Assembly: GCA_951406725.2 (NCBI GenBank)
Contig: OX597822.1
Location: 90,830,001 to 90,894,000, forward strand
Length of the DNA stretch: 64,000 bases
Direction: 5' to 3'
Origin: Octopus vulgaris
Lineage: Eukaryota
Position numbers and translations under genes: made by a program. The notes under the pieces were generated by a model. The model searched no databases. It had not been told where the DNA came from and worked only from the letters and a program-made list of their open reading frames with translations. Shown one piece after another: positions 25,881 through 39,430 of the stretch. Each line of letters starts with the position of its first letter. Within the stretch, counting starts at the first letter, position 1.

Positions 25881-26340
25881 TTCTCAGATGGGACTATAGA
25901 AAACTAGGCATTACAGAAAAAATTTCAAATTATAGGGAATTAATAGAAAGAGACTTTTGTCTAGCATTTGTTATCTCAGATTAGATATTTGTTGATGAGA
26001 ATTTGTGAACAGGAAAGAAAGTTTGTTGCTAATAGAAATCAGATACAACCCAAATGATATAGATGTAAAAAAATTAGCACTACTTATAGCCCTTGGACTA
26101 ATGTTTTGAAAAATATAAATAAAAATACATAGAAACTTTCAAATTATCTACTGAATTAAGCTTGAGATTCAAAGAAACAGATGACATAGAATATTGATGA
26201 TTACTTCTGCTGCTACTACTAATGCTAATATTAAAACTTATTAGTTGACTAACTTTGAATATCTTAATTCTTCCTGTTCTTTTTGCAAAAATAAATGTGA
26301 AAGGCTAAATGTAATGAATTATTTCTTTGGATTATTTTAG

Positions 26341-26519
26341 CTGCTGAACAGTTGGAAAAATCTCGTGAGATCATTAAGCAACTAAAAGAGGAGAAAAAAC
26401 AGGCTATTATTCAGTTAGAAGACAAACTAAAACATGCAGAGAAAACAATGGAAGAAGAGAAAGAAAATCTTGTACAAGAACTTTCAAGAGGAAAAGCATT
26501 AGCCATTTCACTTGTCCAG
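26341..26519 (+). CDS. GOLGA4: GOLGA4-like exon 5 in window
   Basis: attttag|CT...CAG|gtagaa; phase 1-0 matches previous exon; AEKTMEEEKENLVQELSRGK, resembling GOLGA4 EKTSEEERISLQQELSRVK. Confidence 0.85.
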
Positions 26520-26986
26520 GTAGAACAGCTGTTCATATTCTTCATTATTGTAGTTTTTTAACAAGTAATTCAAAGGAAATGGAAACTATCTATAATCTTA
26601 TAGTCTGAAGGAGAAGAATTGATTGATAAATTTAATAAAATTAGTACGTTTAAATATTTGTTGTGCAAGATTTTTTTTATGTGAAGTTTATTTAAACATT
26701 GATGAATTAGTATTTAGATGGGAAAATATGAGCAGTACAAGAGTTTCAGAGAGAAGATTGAATAGTAAGGTACCATACAGTAGGTGTTAATACAAGAGGA
26801 AGGAAGTGGTCCTTATTGAATTGGTTTTGGTTATAGATAGAAAATACATAATGAGGACACAGAGTCATTGCTTGTACTTGCTGAGATAAAGTATATTCTA
26901 GTCCTAAATATGAAGCCTTTGTGATATCATCATAGCCAAGTTATATATGTTTGGCTACCCTATAAGCTTTCAAATATTGTAAGCAT

Positions 26987-27565
26987 ATCATCATCATCAT
27001 TGTTTAATGTCCACTTTCCATGCTAGCATGGGTTGGACGATTTTGACTGAGGGCTGGCGAACCAGATGGTTGCACCAGTCTCCAGTCTTGATTTGGCAGA
27101 GTTTCTACAGCTGGATGCCCTTCCTAATGCCAACCACTCCGAGAGTGTAGTGGGTGCTTTTTACATACCACCGGTACAGAGGCCAGTCAGGCAGTACTGG
27201 CAATGACCTCGCTCGAATCCTTTTACACATGTCACCAGCACAGGTGCCAGTAAGGCGACGTCGGTAATGAGCACGCTCGAATGGTGCCCTTTTACGTGCC
27301 ACTGGAATGGAAGCCAGTTGGCTGCTCTGGCAACAATCACACTCGGATGGTGCTCTTGGCACCCTATTAGCACGGGCACAAGTGCCAGTAAGGCGACGCT
27401 GGTAACGATCACACTCGAATGGTGCCCTTTAAATTCCACTGGCACAGAAGCCGGTTAGCCGCTCTGTCAATGATCATGCTCGTATGGTGCTCTTTGCACC
27501 CTGCCAGCATGGACGCCAGTCATCGAATTTGATTTTGCTTTTGATTGATTTGATATGATTTGATT
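26987..27565 (-). mobile_element. RTE 3'UTR fragment with internal ~60-nt tandem units
   Basis: (CAT)n, then the shared tail, then repeated ctcgaatggtgc.cttttacgtgccactgg units. Confidence 0.8.
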
Positions 27566-28813
27566 TAGTGTACATCATATGTAGTGTACAAAGGCTTCAC
27601 TTGTGAGTTGTTTTATGAGCATCATTGCTTATAAGCATGTAATTTTGTGAGTCTTTTTGTTCGATATTGTAGCAACTCTATTTTGATTATGTGTGGATGA
27701 GGTATCTGCACCAAAAATTGTGAAGGAGTGACAGATGGTGTCATGTACATAAGATTGTGTAAACAGGATATTGATACAGACTAGAAAGTTACATTTAACT
27801 AATATAGTTGAAGAGAAAAGTACTTGACAAAGTTTGAGATACAGTTCTATATTTAAGTTTGAGATGTCCTTTTGTAGAAGAGTAAACTGTTATAACTTGG
27901 GAAACACACCTGTAGACACAGCTAGTTCAACAATTTGGTAAGACATACAGAGAGTTAAGTTGGGGGAAATGAACAATAACTGTGTTTGGTGGGTGTATTG
28001 TTCAAAGTTACAGGAGGACAAAAGAGTGTAAAGTACAGACCCATCTCTTTGATATGTACAGTTCTTTTTGGTGGAAGTTAGTAGAGAGAAAGCAATGGCT
28101 ATGACCTTTGTAGGTCCTTTCAGACTAGTTTAGCCTTGGCTTCAATATCTGTAGGTTAATATCTATTGGAAAAACAAAGAACATGTGAGGAATTCCAGTG
28201 GGTTTTATTTCTGGATTAGAAAAAGCATTTAGTGTAGAGTCTGAGCCATGATACATGTAAACAGGAAGACAAGTGGAGCTGATGAAGCTAGCTAGTTCAG
28301 AGAAGCAGAGTCCAATATAGTTATGGCAGTAGAGGTAAAGAGAAGAAACAGTACATCATTAAGCTGGTGGGTGAAGTCTGTTGGTGATTGGATCTTTGCT
28401 TATCAGTTGAATGGTTTTTCTTTTGGATTCATTCTAAGCATATTAGTCTGTGTGTGAAGCAATGCTATTCCATAAATGTAAATAGTATTCCAGTAGAGGT
28501 TTTACTTGAGCTTTGTAAATGGTTAGCAAATGACCAAGGCTGAAGTATTTCTTGGCTTTAAAGAAGAATCCAAGTTTTTTGAGATACAGTTTTAATAATG
28601 TTGTGTGTGTGTGATAACATTTCTTTGCAGTTTAGAAAGTTTTAATTGACTGCTACTCATAAACGAGTGTGAGATACAAGACTGTTTTATTTGATATGTA
28701 CTGTAATTAATTCTCCATGCCTTTAAAAGAAACAATATTGTCATGTCCCTATTGAAAGATACTGTTGAAGTTCCTGTTCATGGATTCAGTATACGTTAGG
28801 TGATTTAGTTGTA

Positions 28814-29191
28814 CACTTGCGTCAGAAATTAATTAGCACTTCTCAAATTTCTACATTAAATAGGTTAAATCAATTAACCTTATGAGCTGTTCAAAACGTC
28901 TTACGCGATGAGAAAACTTAGTATGGTGTGATTTCGGTCCTTGCGAGGCGCTACCTATATCTATTAAACAAAGGAAGATTTGTCTGCATCCGCACTCCAA
29001 GTTGTTGCACTGCTATGTCAACATCATAAGGCTGTAGACTCTCAAACTGCTCTGCAAACAAAGTCACGTCATCGTTCTGCGCAACAGTGAACTCGCAACA
29101 AAGCAATAGTTCGAGATATGGCCACTAGGTGACAGCACATACCTTGAGTGAAGAGCAAATCAAGGGTGCTAATTAATTTCTGACGGTAGTG
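28814..29191. mobile_element. Tc1/mariner-type MITE
   Basis: TA|cacttgcgtcagaaattaattagcac ... gtgctaattaatttctgacggtagtg|TA TIRs with TA TSD. Confidence 0.85.
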
Positions 29192-30651
29192 TATATGGAT
29201 GACAATTGTGTATAGAAGAGTAAGGAGAACTGAAGCATAGTATCATCTAAATAGGAGGGTATGTTGCTTGAAGTGATAGTTGTTGGCCACTAATGTAAAA
29301 AAAGGAAAGCGTGAGAAAAATATAACTGTATCTTGAGATAAATTAGAACTAAGAAAATGTGGGCCAGAGAGAGTTTCATTTGTACAAGCTGAAATGATGC
29401 TGTTTAATTGACAGTTTCTGGCTTGAAAAATAAGAGATAGATATATAATATTGGCACGTAATTTAGCTGCTGGTTTTCTTGCCTAATACAATCAGAACCT
29501 TGGTATTGTCATGTACAGTTGTAAATTGGAAGAGTTAGAGCATCAGATAGCATACCATGTGGTATTTATCTCCAGTATGCACTCGAGATCAACCTCACGT
29601 TTCATCCTTCCAAGGCCAATGAAAAATTATCAGCCCATGATATTGAATTGGTAGACCTGTAAGAATGTTGGACTGAGTTTTGTTTCAGTTTTTTGAGCTC
29701 TTTCTGTCTCACTCTTTGCCTTATCATCTTTTCCTCTCTCCTCTCTTTCCCTTCAGCTAATCACTTGAAAGCATTACTATTACATTCTCACTACCTCACA
29801 TCATGAACACTTCTCTTTCCCTCTTTTTCTCTTTCCTTTTCTTTCTTCCTCTTTTTCTCTAATCATGTGATTAGCTAAGTAACAGGCTTAGTAACTCAGT
29901 AACAAGCAGAATTATTATAAGATATTGAAAGAGACACACAGAGAGAAACAAAGCAGAAACTGTCTCTGGAGTGCACTGTTTGAAAGCGATAGAAGAGTTG
30001 TAATGGGCGATCCTCTGACTCTTCATTGAATCTGAAAGAGGAAAATCTCCTACATGAATAGACTCACAGTTATGTCTAATTAGAAAAATATCCCTTATTT
30101 ACATAATTAATTCTGAACATTCAGTCATTATTGATGGTCAAAGTTAGCTGTCTTTGAACATAGCACTGTTCAAGTAGAGACGACTTAGAGATTAAGTAAG
30201 GACACAACAACTATAAATATTAATTCAAAGTAAAGTGAAAATGAAAGAAGTAAAAGTGAAAATATTACATAAATCTAAATGGCTGGGAAAAGTAATTTGC
30301 TACCAATGAATGCATTAAAATTCCTCTTTCCAAGCTAGTCTATTGCCTGGAATTGGAGGTACAAGAAGTACTTTTTGTTATTTATTATATTCAGTATTTC
30401 TGTTTAAATTATAACTCTACTATCATCTCACTCCTTCTCCTCTTCCTCGCTTTATAATAATTTCCTCTAAATATACATGAAAATGTAAATGCCATCTTGT
30501 TGATGCTACCAGGAAAAACAGAATGAAAATTATGACTTGTTAACAAAATTTTGGGTCTAGACATTATTATAAACTTGAAGGATGTTCTCTCTGTATCTCC
30601 AACATACTGCCGTATTTGTTATTCTTTTACTTTTGTGTATTCATTTTCCAG

Positions 30652-30771
30652 GAAGAACACGAGAAAGCTCTAGAAGAAAAAGTAAAAACTGCTATTCAAG
30701 AACAAGAAAATATATGGAAAGAAAAACTTGGCAAAATTGAAACTAGCCATCAGGATGCTTTAACCTCTAAG
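30652..30771 (+). CDS. GOLGA4: GOLGA4-like exon 6 in window
   Basis: ttttccag|GAA...AAG|gtatat; 40 stop-free codons of E/K-rich coiled coil EEHEKALEEKVKTAIQEQENIWKEK. Confidence 0.78.
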
Positions 30772-30971
30772 GTATATTTTTAATTAATACCACCACTAAT
30801 GCTATATAGTGACTAACAATTTCTTTCTTTATGATGGGATGGTTATGCAATCTTAGTTACAAAAGCAATTGTTGATAAACATTGATCTTGCATTATATAT
30901 TTCTATAAAACATTAATCACTTAAACACTCATTAATGCTTTATCTCAGGCAAATTTAAAGCACTCTTTAAA

Positions 30972-31862
30972 TATGAAGTGCATTCAAAAAGTATCTGACT
31001 TTATTTTTTCTCTCCAAAAACTAATGCTGTGTGCACAAGAGCCTTTAGAAGACACCACCCTTCTTGCACGTGCATGAGAATTTTTGCATCAGTAGGTTGC
31101 ACCTATCCATGGCTGCTATGCCTAGAGTACAAATGTGTAGTGCACACTTATCAGATTTTTGTTTTCAGTGAACAAATCGAGCAGAGATATTGCATCAAGT
31201 TTTGCCAAAAGTTTGGTAATACTCAAGCTCAAATCATCCAGAAGATTCAGCAGCCCTTTGGCAACAATGCCATGAGCAAAACTTAGATTAAGAAGTGGTA
31301 CAACCACTTCAAACATGGCCATACTTCAGTGGAGAGTGAAGCATGCTCAGGAAGGCCATCCACAAGCTGAAATGAGGAACCAATTGAGAAGGTTTGATGA
31401 ATAGTCATGGAAGACCATCATGTAACAAATCAGAAAATTGCTCACAAAGTGGGAATAAGCACAGGATCAGTGCATTCCATTTTAACAGAGGATTTGTGCA
31501 TGCAGAGATTGTTGGTGAAGTTCACCCGCAAAGTGCTGGCAGAGCAGTAGGAGCAACTCTGCATGGAAATTGCTCAAAACATACTTGACTGGGCAAACAG
31601 CAACCCAGACTTCATGAAGGCACTCATCACTAGTGATGACACATAGGTTTATGGTCTCTGCTCAATGCTTTTGGTCATCTTGCATAAAAACGAAAATTCA
31701 ACAAGCATGCACTACATGTCTGTACTCTAGGCATAAAAGCCAGGAATTGATGTCGCCTACTGTCATGTAAATATTCATGCATGCACAAGAAGGATGACAT
31801 CACTTCCCACCCAAAGGATTTTGTCAATGCTGCATTAGTCTTGGCAGGGAAAAATAAAGTCG
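30972..31862 (+). mobile_element. Mariner deletion derivative with long (~170-190 bp) TIRs
   Basis: EQRYCIKFC...SGRPST...ITSDDT*VYG transposase N-half; 30987-31150 inverted at 31702-31861. Confidence 0.8.
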
Positions 31863-32954
31863 TTTAACTAGGGACTATTTTTTTTCATTGGTAAATTCAG
31901 TATTATCAAAAAAAAATTGTACCAACTAATTTCTTGTCTCTCCATAGAATAATTATTGGTACACATTTTAGGTCTAAGGTTTATCCAACTATTGTACTGT
32001 ATGCTTTCATTATTTTATGGGACCTGTCTTTCATCAGAAAAAAAAATTGGTTTTACAATGTTTTGTTACAATGGCATAAATGTAATCTGCTTAAAATATA
32101 TTTACATCTCATTTTGTTTTTGATAGTTACTCTGAAAGTACCAAACTGTTCGAGATTTTGGTTTTCTAAATTTTTTTAAATACAGCATGGCACTTGAATG
32201 AGTGATTCCAGATAATTCGAGAGTGATCTATATCAGAATTCCCTCTGTTGTCTAAAGTCCAAAACTAGAACATCTCAAACTAGCATTAAATTGTGCATTT
32301 CTCAATATTGCTGTTCTCAAATACTATATTTATATTGATTGATGAATTACAGTTATTTGCTCTCTAGTTTGAATTTATCATGTATAAGAAAGCTATTCAT
32401 TTGCTGGAGATGACCGTAATTTTAACACTGTATAATATTAAGATATGAAGAAATGCAGATACCAGAAATTAATAGTATATATATGGTAGATTTTATGTAA
32501 AACTTATTTATTGACCAGTATCACAGTATAAGTGCACCAAACTAATATACATAATTTACCAAGCTTCTCTTTACCCTCTCAACATTATTTTCATATCAGT
32601 GTTCCATGTTATAATATTTCTGATGAGCCCACAGAAAAGAGTTTTCATTCATCTCAATTTCATGTCATTTCATCGTTAAGATCTGGTATTCTCATATCTG
32701 ATGTAACCACTTCACAAGTCTACTTCTATTATGAGTTATATTTCACTCCATTCACAGAGCACTTTAATACTCAGCATGTCCAGTCTGTTCACTTTTCATG
32801 CTTACAATTTTTTTTACTAATTTTTCAACTTTTCCTACAAGGGTACATTGCACAATCAATGAAACTATACTCAACCTATTTCTATCTAATTACTGTGAAT
32901 CATCTGCATCGTTTACATGTTTTACTGTCATATAGTATCCTATACATATCTCAT

Positions 32955-32992
<38 letters not shown>

Positions 32993-33069
32993 TTTATTTT
33001 TGGCAAGTACCCAGTATATTGCACACTGCACATTTTTAATCTATTATTTGTACTTACCAATCTTCAAGA

Positions 33070-35780
33070 AAAAGTAAAAATAAACATCCTTTGAATTTCG
33101 GTTGTTGGAATGTGCACACACTTCTTGATGATAATTTCAACAAGAGGCCAGAAAGGCGTACTGCACTTATTGCATGTGAGCTCAATAAATATTCCCTTGA
33201 TATAGTTGCACTCTCTGAAACTCATCTCTCTGGTGAGGGTCAAGTAAATGAACTTACTTATGGATATACTATCTTTTGGAGAGGCCTACCTAAAGGTCAG
33301 CATAGAGAATATGGTGTTGGATTTGCTCTCAAGAATACATTAGTATCCTCCATTGCAGAGCTTCCAAGTGGTATATCTGAACAGATCATGTCATGCCGTA
33401 TTAAACTGACAAATGGTAGGTTTCTTACCGTTGTCAGTATTTATGCACCAACAATGTCCCATTCTGATGAAACAGTAGGACAGTTTTATGATGATCAAGC
33501 ATGATTATTGAGGAAAGTGCTGATTTCTGACAAGCAGGTCATATTGGGAGATTTCAATTCAAGTGTTGGAAAGGACTATGCTTCATGGCCTGTTTTAGGT
33601 CGACATGGGATTGGAAAATGCAATAAAAATGGAGTAGCTCTTTTGATGTTTTGTACTGAGAATAATCTGGTTGTCACCAACACTCTGTTTAAGTAGAAAA
33701 ATAAATATAAAACCACCTGGATGCACTCAAGATCTAAGCACTGGCATCTTATAGATTATATTCTGATCAGGAAACGTGATATGAAAGATGTTTCTAGCAT
33801 TCGGGTCATGAGAGGGGCAGAGAGCTGGACTGACCATCATCTAGTGCGTAGAAAAACAGATTTTGCGGTAATGCCTAAAAATCGACAGTCGTGTCCTAAT
33901 GTATTCAAAAAGTTAAATGTTGCAGACTTTAAATTATCAAGCAACTTATAAAGATTCCACAGTGCTATAGAAAGTATCAATCTTAACCCAAACAATCTAT
34001 GGGAAGGTTTCAAAACAAAAGTATTTCAGGCTGCAAGTTCATCAGTGGGATTTAAATCTCATAAATCCAGTGCCTGGTTCTCAGATAGATCAGCAGAAAT
34101 TCATGATTTACTTTTAGAAAAACATAACTTAGGCAATACACTTCTTTCTCAGTCCTTGAACCCCAACTCAAATGAAACTTACATAAAGCTGAAAAGGAAA
34201 GTACAGACTGCTCTAAGGAAAATTAAACAAGAATGGTGGAATGATAGAGCAAAAGGGGCACAAGAAGCAGCTGATAGAAATGATGCCAAGGGTTTGTACT
34301 CTTATGTTAAGGAGGTATATGGCCCAAAATCTTCCTCAATATCTCCAGTGAGAACAGTAAATAGACATTTTCTTCTGATTGATACCGCTTCTTTTCATAA
34401 GTGTTGGGTAGAACATTTTTCTGCACTTTTGAATAGACGATCATCCGTTGACATGAGGACAATAGAAAAAATTGAACACTTTCCAGTTATAGAAGAGATG
34501 GTATTTGAACCAACTCTAAATGATATTTCTTTAGCTGTGAATAAGCTGAATAACAATAAGTCTCCAGGGTCTGAGGGAATCTGTGCAGAAGTCTTGAAAT
34601 ATGGGGATGACAAAATGTTTGAACTCTTAAATATATTAATTTCTCACTGCTGGAGAACTGAGAAAGTGCCTCAAGACTGGATTGATGCCATTTTAGTCTC
34701 CTTGTATAAATCAGGGCCAAATGATCTGTGTGGCAATTTTCATGGGATTTTGCTTTTGTCTGTGGTTGGAAAGGTACTTGCCCACATTTTGTTGGAACAT
34801 TTAAATACCTTTATAGTTCCAAATATAATGTCTGAGTCTCAGCGTTGTTTTCATTCCTCCAAGGCCACAGCTGATTGTATCTTTACTGTCAGATAATTAC
34901 AAAAAAAGTACATTGAACAGAATCTTGCTCTATACCATTACTTTGTTGATTTGAGCAAAGCATTCAATACTGTTAATCGAAATGTCAGTCATTCTGAAAC
35001 AGGTCTGCAATCTCTTGTATCTGCATTTGACCCAGCTTGTGATGATTTTCGTTTGACCATCAACTTGAAAAAAACAGTTGTAATGCATCAACCTGTGTGT
35101 GGTGGTGTTTGTAAACCCAATAAAATTTTTGTTAAGGGAAAGTTACTTAAGGTTGTTGATTCGTTTGTCTACCTTGGAAGCTCTGTTCAAAATTATGGAA
35201 ATCTTGATACAGAAATACAGCTGCAAATTCAAAGGGCAGCAAAAGCATTTGGTGGCTTGGAGTCATGCGTTTGGTGCCAGCAACATATAAATAAGAGTAT
35301 AAAGCTGGTTCTTTACAAATCATTTGTCTTACCATTCTGTTGTATTCCTGTGAATCTTGGACTTGTTATGAAAGGCATTTTAAACTGTTAGAACAATTCC
35401 ACCAAAAATGCCTTCATCGCATTTTAAAAATTAAATGGAGTTCTTTTACTCCAAACACAGATGTCCTTGCATCTGCAGGCATCACCTCAATTAAAGCTAT
35501 GATTTTGAGGAAATAATTGAGATGGTGTGGCCATATTACTCGAATGACAGATGAACACATGACCAAATAGCTGTTTTATGGTGAGCTTGCAGAGGGAAAA
35601 TGCTATCAGCGTAAACCTTTAAAGGTTTAAAGACGGCATAAGGACTACTATGAAGTTACTTGGTTCCAGAATATATATGTACACTTGCTTTGGATCAAGT
35701 TGGATGGTGAACAAAGGTGCAGAGCGGAGTAAAAGCATTTGAAGAGGCCAGGATAATGCACCTTTGTTCGCCATCCAACT
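33070..35780 (+). mobile_element. Degenerate RTE-BovB LINE (endonuclease plus RT, with stops and an RT deletion)
   Basis: GCWNVHTLLD...RPERRTALIA...ILGDFNS...LIDYIL...WTDH; RT jumps from LSKAFNTVNR to SHSETGLQ, so the YADD region is lost. Confidence 0.88.
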
Positions 35781-36447
35781 CGAATTTTAAAACAAGGCAA
35801 ATATCTCAAGCCATATACATTATTATTATTGGAAAAAAAATTCAAAGTCTTACAGCTGTTTCTGGGCTTGAGATGTATGCCTTGTCTTAACATTTGTTGT
35901 CCTCTTTAACAATTATATATTTATATATGTATGTACATATACATATGTATATGTATGTATATGTGTGTGTGTGTGTATGTATTTATGTATATATATATCA
36001 TTCAATATATTCTTAAGTCCACCATTTCATCAATTGCAGCAGCTTACAAGCTTCACCACTAATTCAGTTCTCAACTAAATTGTGAACTGTTAATAGTTTT
36101 AAAGGGGACACTTCCTCAGCTACACTTTGGCATAAATAGTTTGAGTTTGGTTCAGTAGAAAAAGAGTTACATCAAAATATCTGCGACATCAAGGGCAGTA
36201 AGGCAGAAATTCATCTTCAATTAACATAATTTTTAAAATTTTAAATTAAAAGTATACTTTTCTTAAGCTTAAATGATAGGAAAATGCATGAGGTATTCAG
36301 AATAATTAGCCACATTGAACAAAAATTAGTAGAAAAAGAGTTATGAGGTAAAACATGAAACTTCATGTCAGTAAGTAAGGAAGTAAGGGAGTAATGCATC
36401 AGCAATAAGAATAAAGAATGTATTTCTAAAATGAATGTTTACTTTCT

Positions 36448-36551
36448 AAGGTGGTGAGCTGGTAGAAACATTAGTGTGCCGGGTGAAATGCTTAATGGTA
36501 TTTCATCTGTCTTTACGTTTTTGAGTTCAAATTTCGCTGAGGTCGACTTTG
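36448..36551 (+). mobile_element. SINE family B head
   Basis: aaggtggtgagctggtagaaacattag...gagttcaaatttcgctgaggtcgacttt, matching 11067-11167 in reverse. Confidence 0.65.
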
Positions 36552-37240
36552 ACGTACAGATTATTTCATTAATTTTTTTTTAACTAAACACTTTCAAACT
36601 TCCAATACTGGTAGATGTGTCACATAGAACAGGGTTTACTCTTAACGTTTTTGACAAAATTGTGTATTTTAGTTATTCTATTAGAAGTTACAGAGTAACA
36701 ATGGACAAATTCATGTTTGATATGTGCCAATACACGAAATTCTCAGCTTTTGACTTACTTTCTAACTTCTGCCAATGATATATATACATATTACATATAT
36801 GTGTAAAAAAATCTTATCACGCAATTAAACCAATGAAAGAGCCTTTACCTAGTCTCCTTCTCCAATCCTGGAATCATTGGAAATTTTTTTTTACCATTGA
36901 ATGAATTCCTGTGACCTCCTAATATTGCAAAATTAGGTTACTTAATGTAAGCCTGGTAACTGATGGTTTTGGGGTCTTGCTCTTTGTAACTTTTGGTGAG
37001 CCATGTTGCAACCAGCATCATGGTAAAAATTTCTACCATTAATTTGGTGTGGATGGGTAATATCAAATAATTCAATCACACCATATATTTGAATTAAACG
37101 CGAAAAAAATTGAAATATTATCATCACTTACATGGAAAAATTTAAATATTATCTTTCAGTATTTTATAAGGTAAAATCTTAAATTAATAATTGACACATT
37201 ATTAATTATCTTATAATAGCAATGCCTGGAAAAATCATGA

Positions 37241-37756
37241 ATTACATGGAAAAATGCAAGCATGGAAAGTCATATTCTTAAGATTATAAACATGGAAAAG
37301 TACAGGACAAGTTATTAGATCTGTAAAAGTATAGGGCAAGCTATAACTTCTAGTAAAGTAAAGAATAAGAAACTTTTTACTTAGAATATTGCAGCTAAAA
37401 TAAAAATTTGAATATCAAAGCTTATTTTATAATAGTTTACAAATAACACTATACATATTTTAAGTAGAATTTGCCTAATTTACTACCTTAAATACAGAAA
37501 AATGTGACTAATTAGACAAACTTACAAATTAGCTGAACGATTTTGTACAATAAATTTAAATGATGAGAACTGTAAAAGTGATAAATTAGAAGAACTGGCA
37601 TTCTTTGCTGCAATATTTTAACTAAAAAGTTTCTTATTCTTTACTTGAAGTTATAGCTTGTCCTATACTTTTACAGGTGTAATAAATTGTCCTGTACTTT
37701 TCCATGTTTATAATCTTAAGAATATGACTTTTCATGCTCACATTTTTCCATGTAAT
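37241..37756. repeat. Long inverted repeat (foldback/MITE-like), ~150-bp arms
   Basis: 37241-37395 is the near reverse complement of 37607-37756. Confidence 0.85.
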
Positions 37757-37817
37757 ATATAAGTATGCATGTGTGTATATATATATATATATATGTATGT
37801 CTATATTTATATAGATT

Positions 37818-37848
<31 letters not shown>

Positions 37849-37931
37849 GGTATTTGAGTACTCTTTTTTCCACCTTGTTTCACATTTATGTGCTTACTCT
37901 GGTATATATTTATACATATTTTTATATATAC

Positions 37932-37982
<51 letters not shown>

Positions 37983-37984
<2 letters not shown>

Positions 37985-38184
37985 TCAAAATGTGACCGCG
38001 TGTGTACCGTTGGCTATTCATTTCCTCTGTTTTCCCTTCTCTGGATCTTTCCTTCTCCTATGTTTCCGACGAAGAGCTCCGCTCGAAACGTTAAACCCTC
38101 CTTCTTTTCTGAGCGTCCAATAATACTATATTTGTTCCACGTCCTCATGTTGTTGTGTTTTTTTGTGCTTTCATGTTTGTAATA

Positions 38185-38186
<2 letters not shown>
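37983..38186 (+). mobile_element. Hammerhead-bearing repeat family H1, copy 2
   Basis: Homologous to 458-673; embedded in long (TA)n. Confidence 0.7.
38062..38096 (+). ncRNA. Minimal hammerhead motif, variant CCGACGA
   Basis: gttt-CCGACGA-A-GAGC-TCC-GCTC-GAAAC-GTT-aaac. Confidence 0.65.
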
Positions 38187-38222
<36 letters not shown>

Positions 38223-38253
38223 CATATATATATACATAAAATATATATATATA

Positions 38254-38330
<77 letters not shown>

Positions 38331-38332
<2 letters not shown>

Positions 38333-39308
38333 AATTGAGATAGGGGTTGTAAATGCAACCCTCCATGGGATAACATATATCCAATATACTTCTAGTGAAG
38401 TACCCAACAAAGTTAATACATAAATGTTAATGATTGCGATGCAATCAATTCATTTACTGTATTATATGGGCAAAGGTAAAATGATTTACCACAAATTACT
38501 AATACAAGATAAGAAAATGGAGAAATACATCTAAATCAAATATCAATTACCAGATAATACTCAATCACGTACTTTATTAAACCACCACATAAGAGACTGT
38601 AGGGTTAAATATAAAAAGCAGAACAAATCAGTGTACATAAAGGAATGTACATAAAAAAGTGTACGTAAAAGAGTAATGTTGTATAATAAGTAGAATATAT
38701 ATAAAAGAGAATATAAATATAAGTAAATATAAATATAAGTATAGATTACATCTTACAGCTGTTTCGGCCATGTATATAAGAATGTCTCATTTTACCAATA
38801 TTAGCCTTTTATGGTAGGTCAAATGAGACATCTACAAAAATATCATAAGGCCTCTTCGGAGATTATGTAATATAAATCAGTCTACATATATACCCACATG
38901 GGTGTGGGTACATACCCATAATACAACATATACATATACATATGAGTGCATATACTCACACTCCTATACATATAAAAATATACATATACATAATGATATA
39001 AATAAATAATATAATTTAGTAAACATATATGTGTGTTCCACATTCAATGTCTCAGTTTTTCGACTTAATATTGTGATAATAAACATACAGAAATTAGTAC
39101 CTAGATGCAAACATACATAGTCAATAGTACATTATATTACTTCATACTAATTTCTAAAGTGTCATTAAAGTTAGCATCATTATCGTTGTCAATACCATTA
39201 ATGTTACCATTATTATCATTCATAATATTATTAATAACGCTTGTGATTGAGTATTATCTGGTAATTGATATTTGATTTAGATGTATTTCTCTATTTTCTT
39301 ATCTTGTA
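38331..39308 (-). mobile_element. Non-coding Penelope pLTR-like remnant with 66-bp inverted repeat
   Basis: 38503-38568 inverted at 39243-39308; contains a hammerhead; (TA)n on both sides. Confidence 0.55.
38750..38863 (-). ncRNA. Type I hammerhead with long stem II, variant CCGAAGA
   Basis: Minus strand atct-CCGAAGA-GGCC...(atgtctcattt/aaatgagacat)...GGCC-GAAAC-AGCT-GTA-agat. Confidence 0.72.
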
Positions 39309-39379
39309 TATATATATATATACACACACAGTTGTACCTCGATTTTCAAACAACTCTGATCACAAATAAATCATGCCTT

Positions 39380-39430
<51 letters not shown>

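Noticed and set aside
27160-27530. Repeat-spacer-like pattern resembling a CRISPR array
   Set aside because: Degenerate tandem units inside an RTE 3'UTR in eukaryotic DNA; no unique spacers or cas genes
30641-30654. Identical acceptor tcattttccaggaa at exons 6 and 8 (53921-53934)
   Set aside because: Close to the splice consensus; no flanking homology indicating duplication
35848-35910. Minus-strand GAAAC-AGCT-GTA half hammerhead
   Set aside because: No recognisable CUGANGA or stem I partner; at most a decayed remnant
37716-38423. Many [16 protein letters not shown] ORFs (also near 147-491, 14349-14866, 44423-44816 and 63379-63863)
   Set aside because: Microsatellite translations
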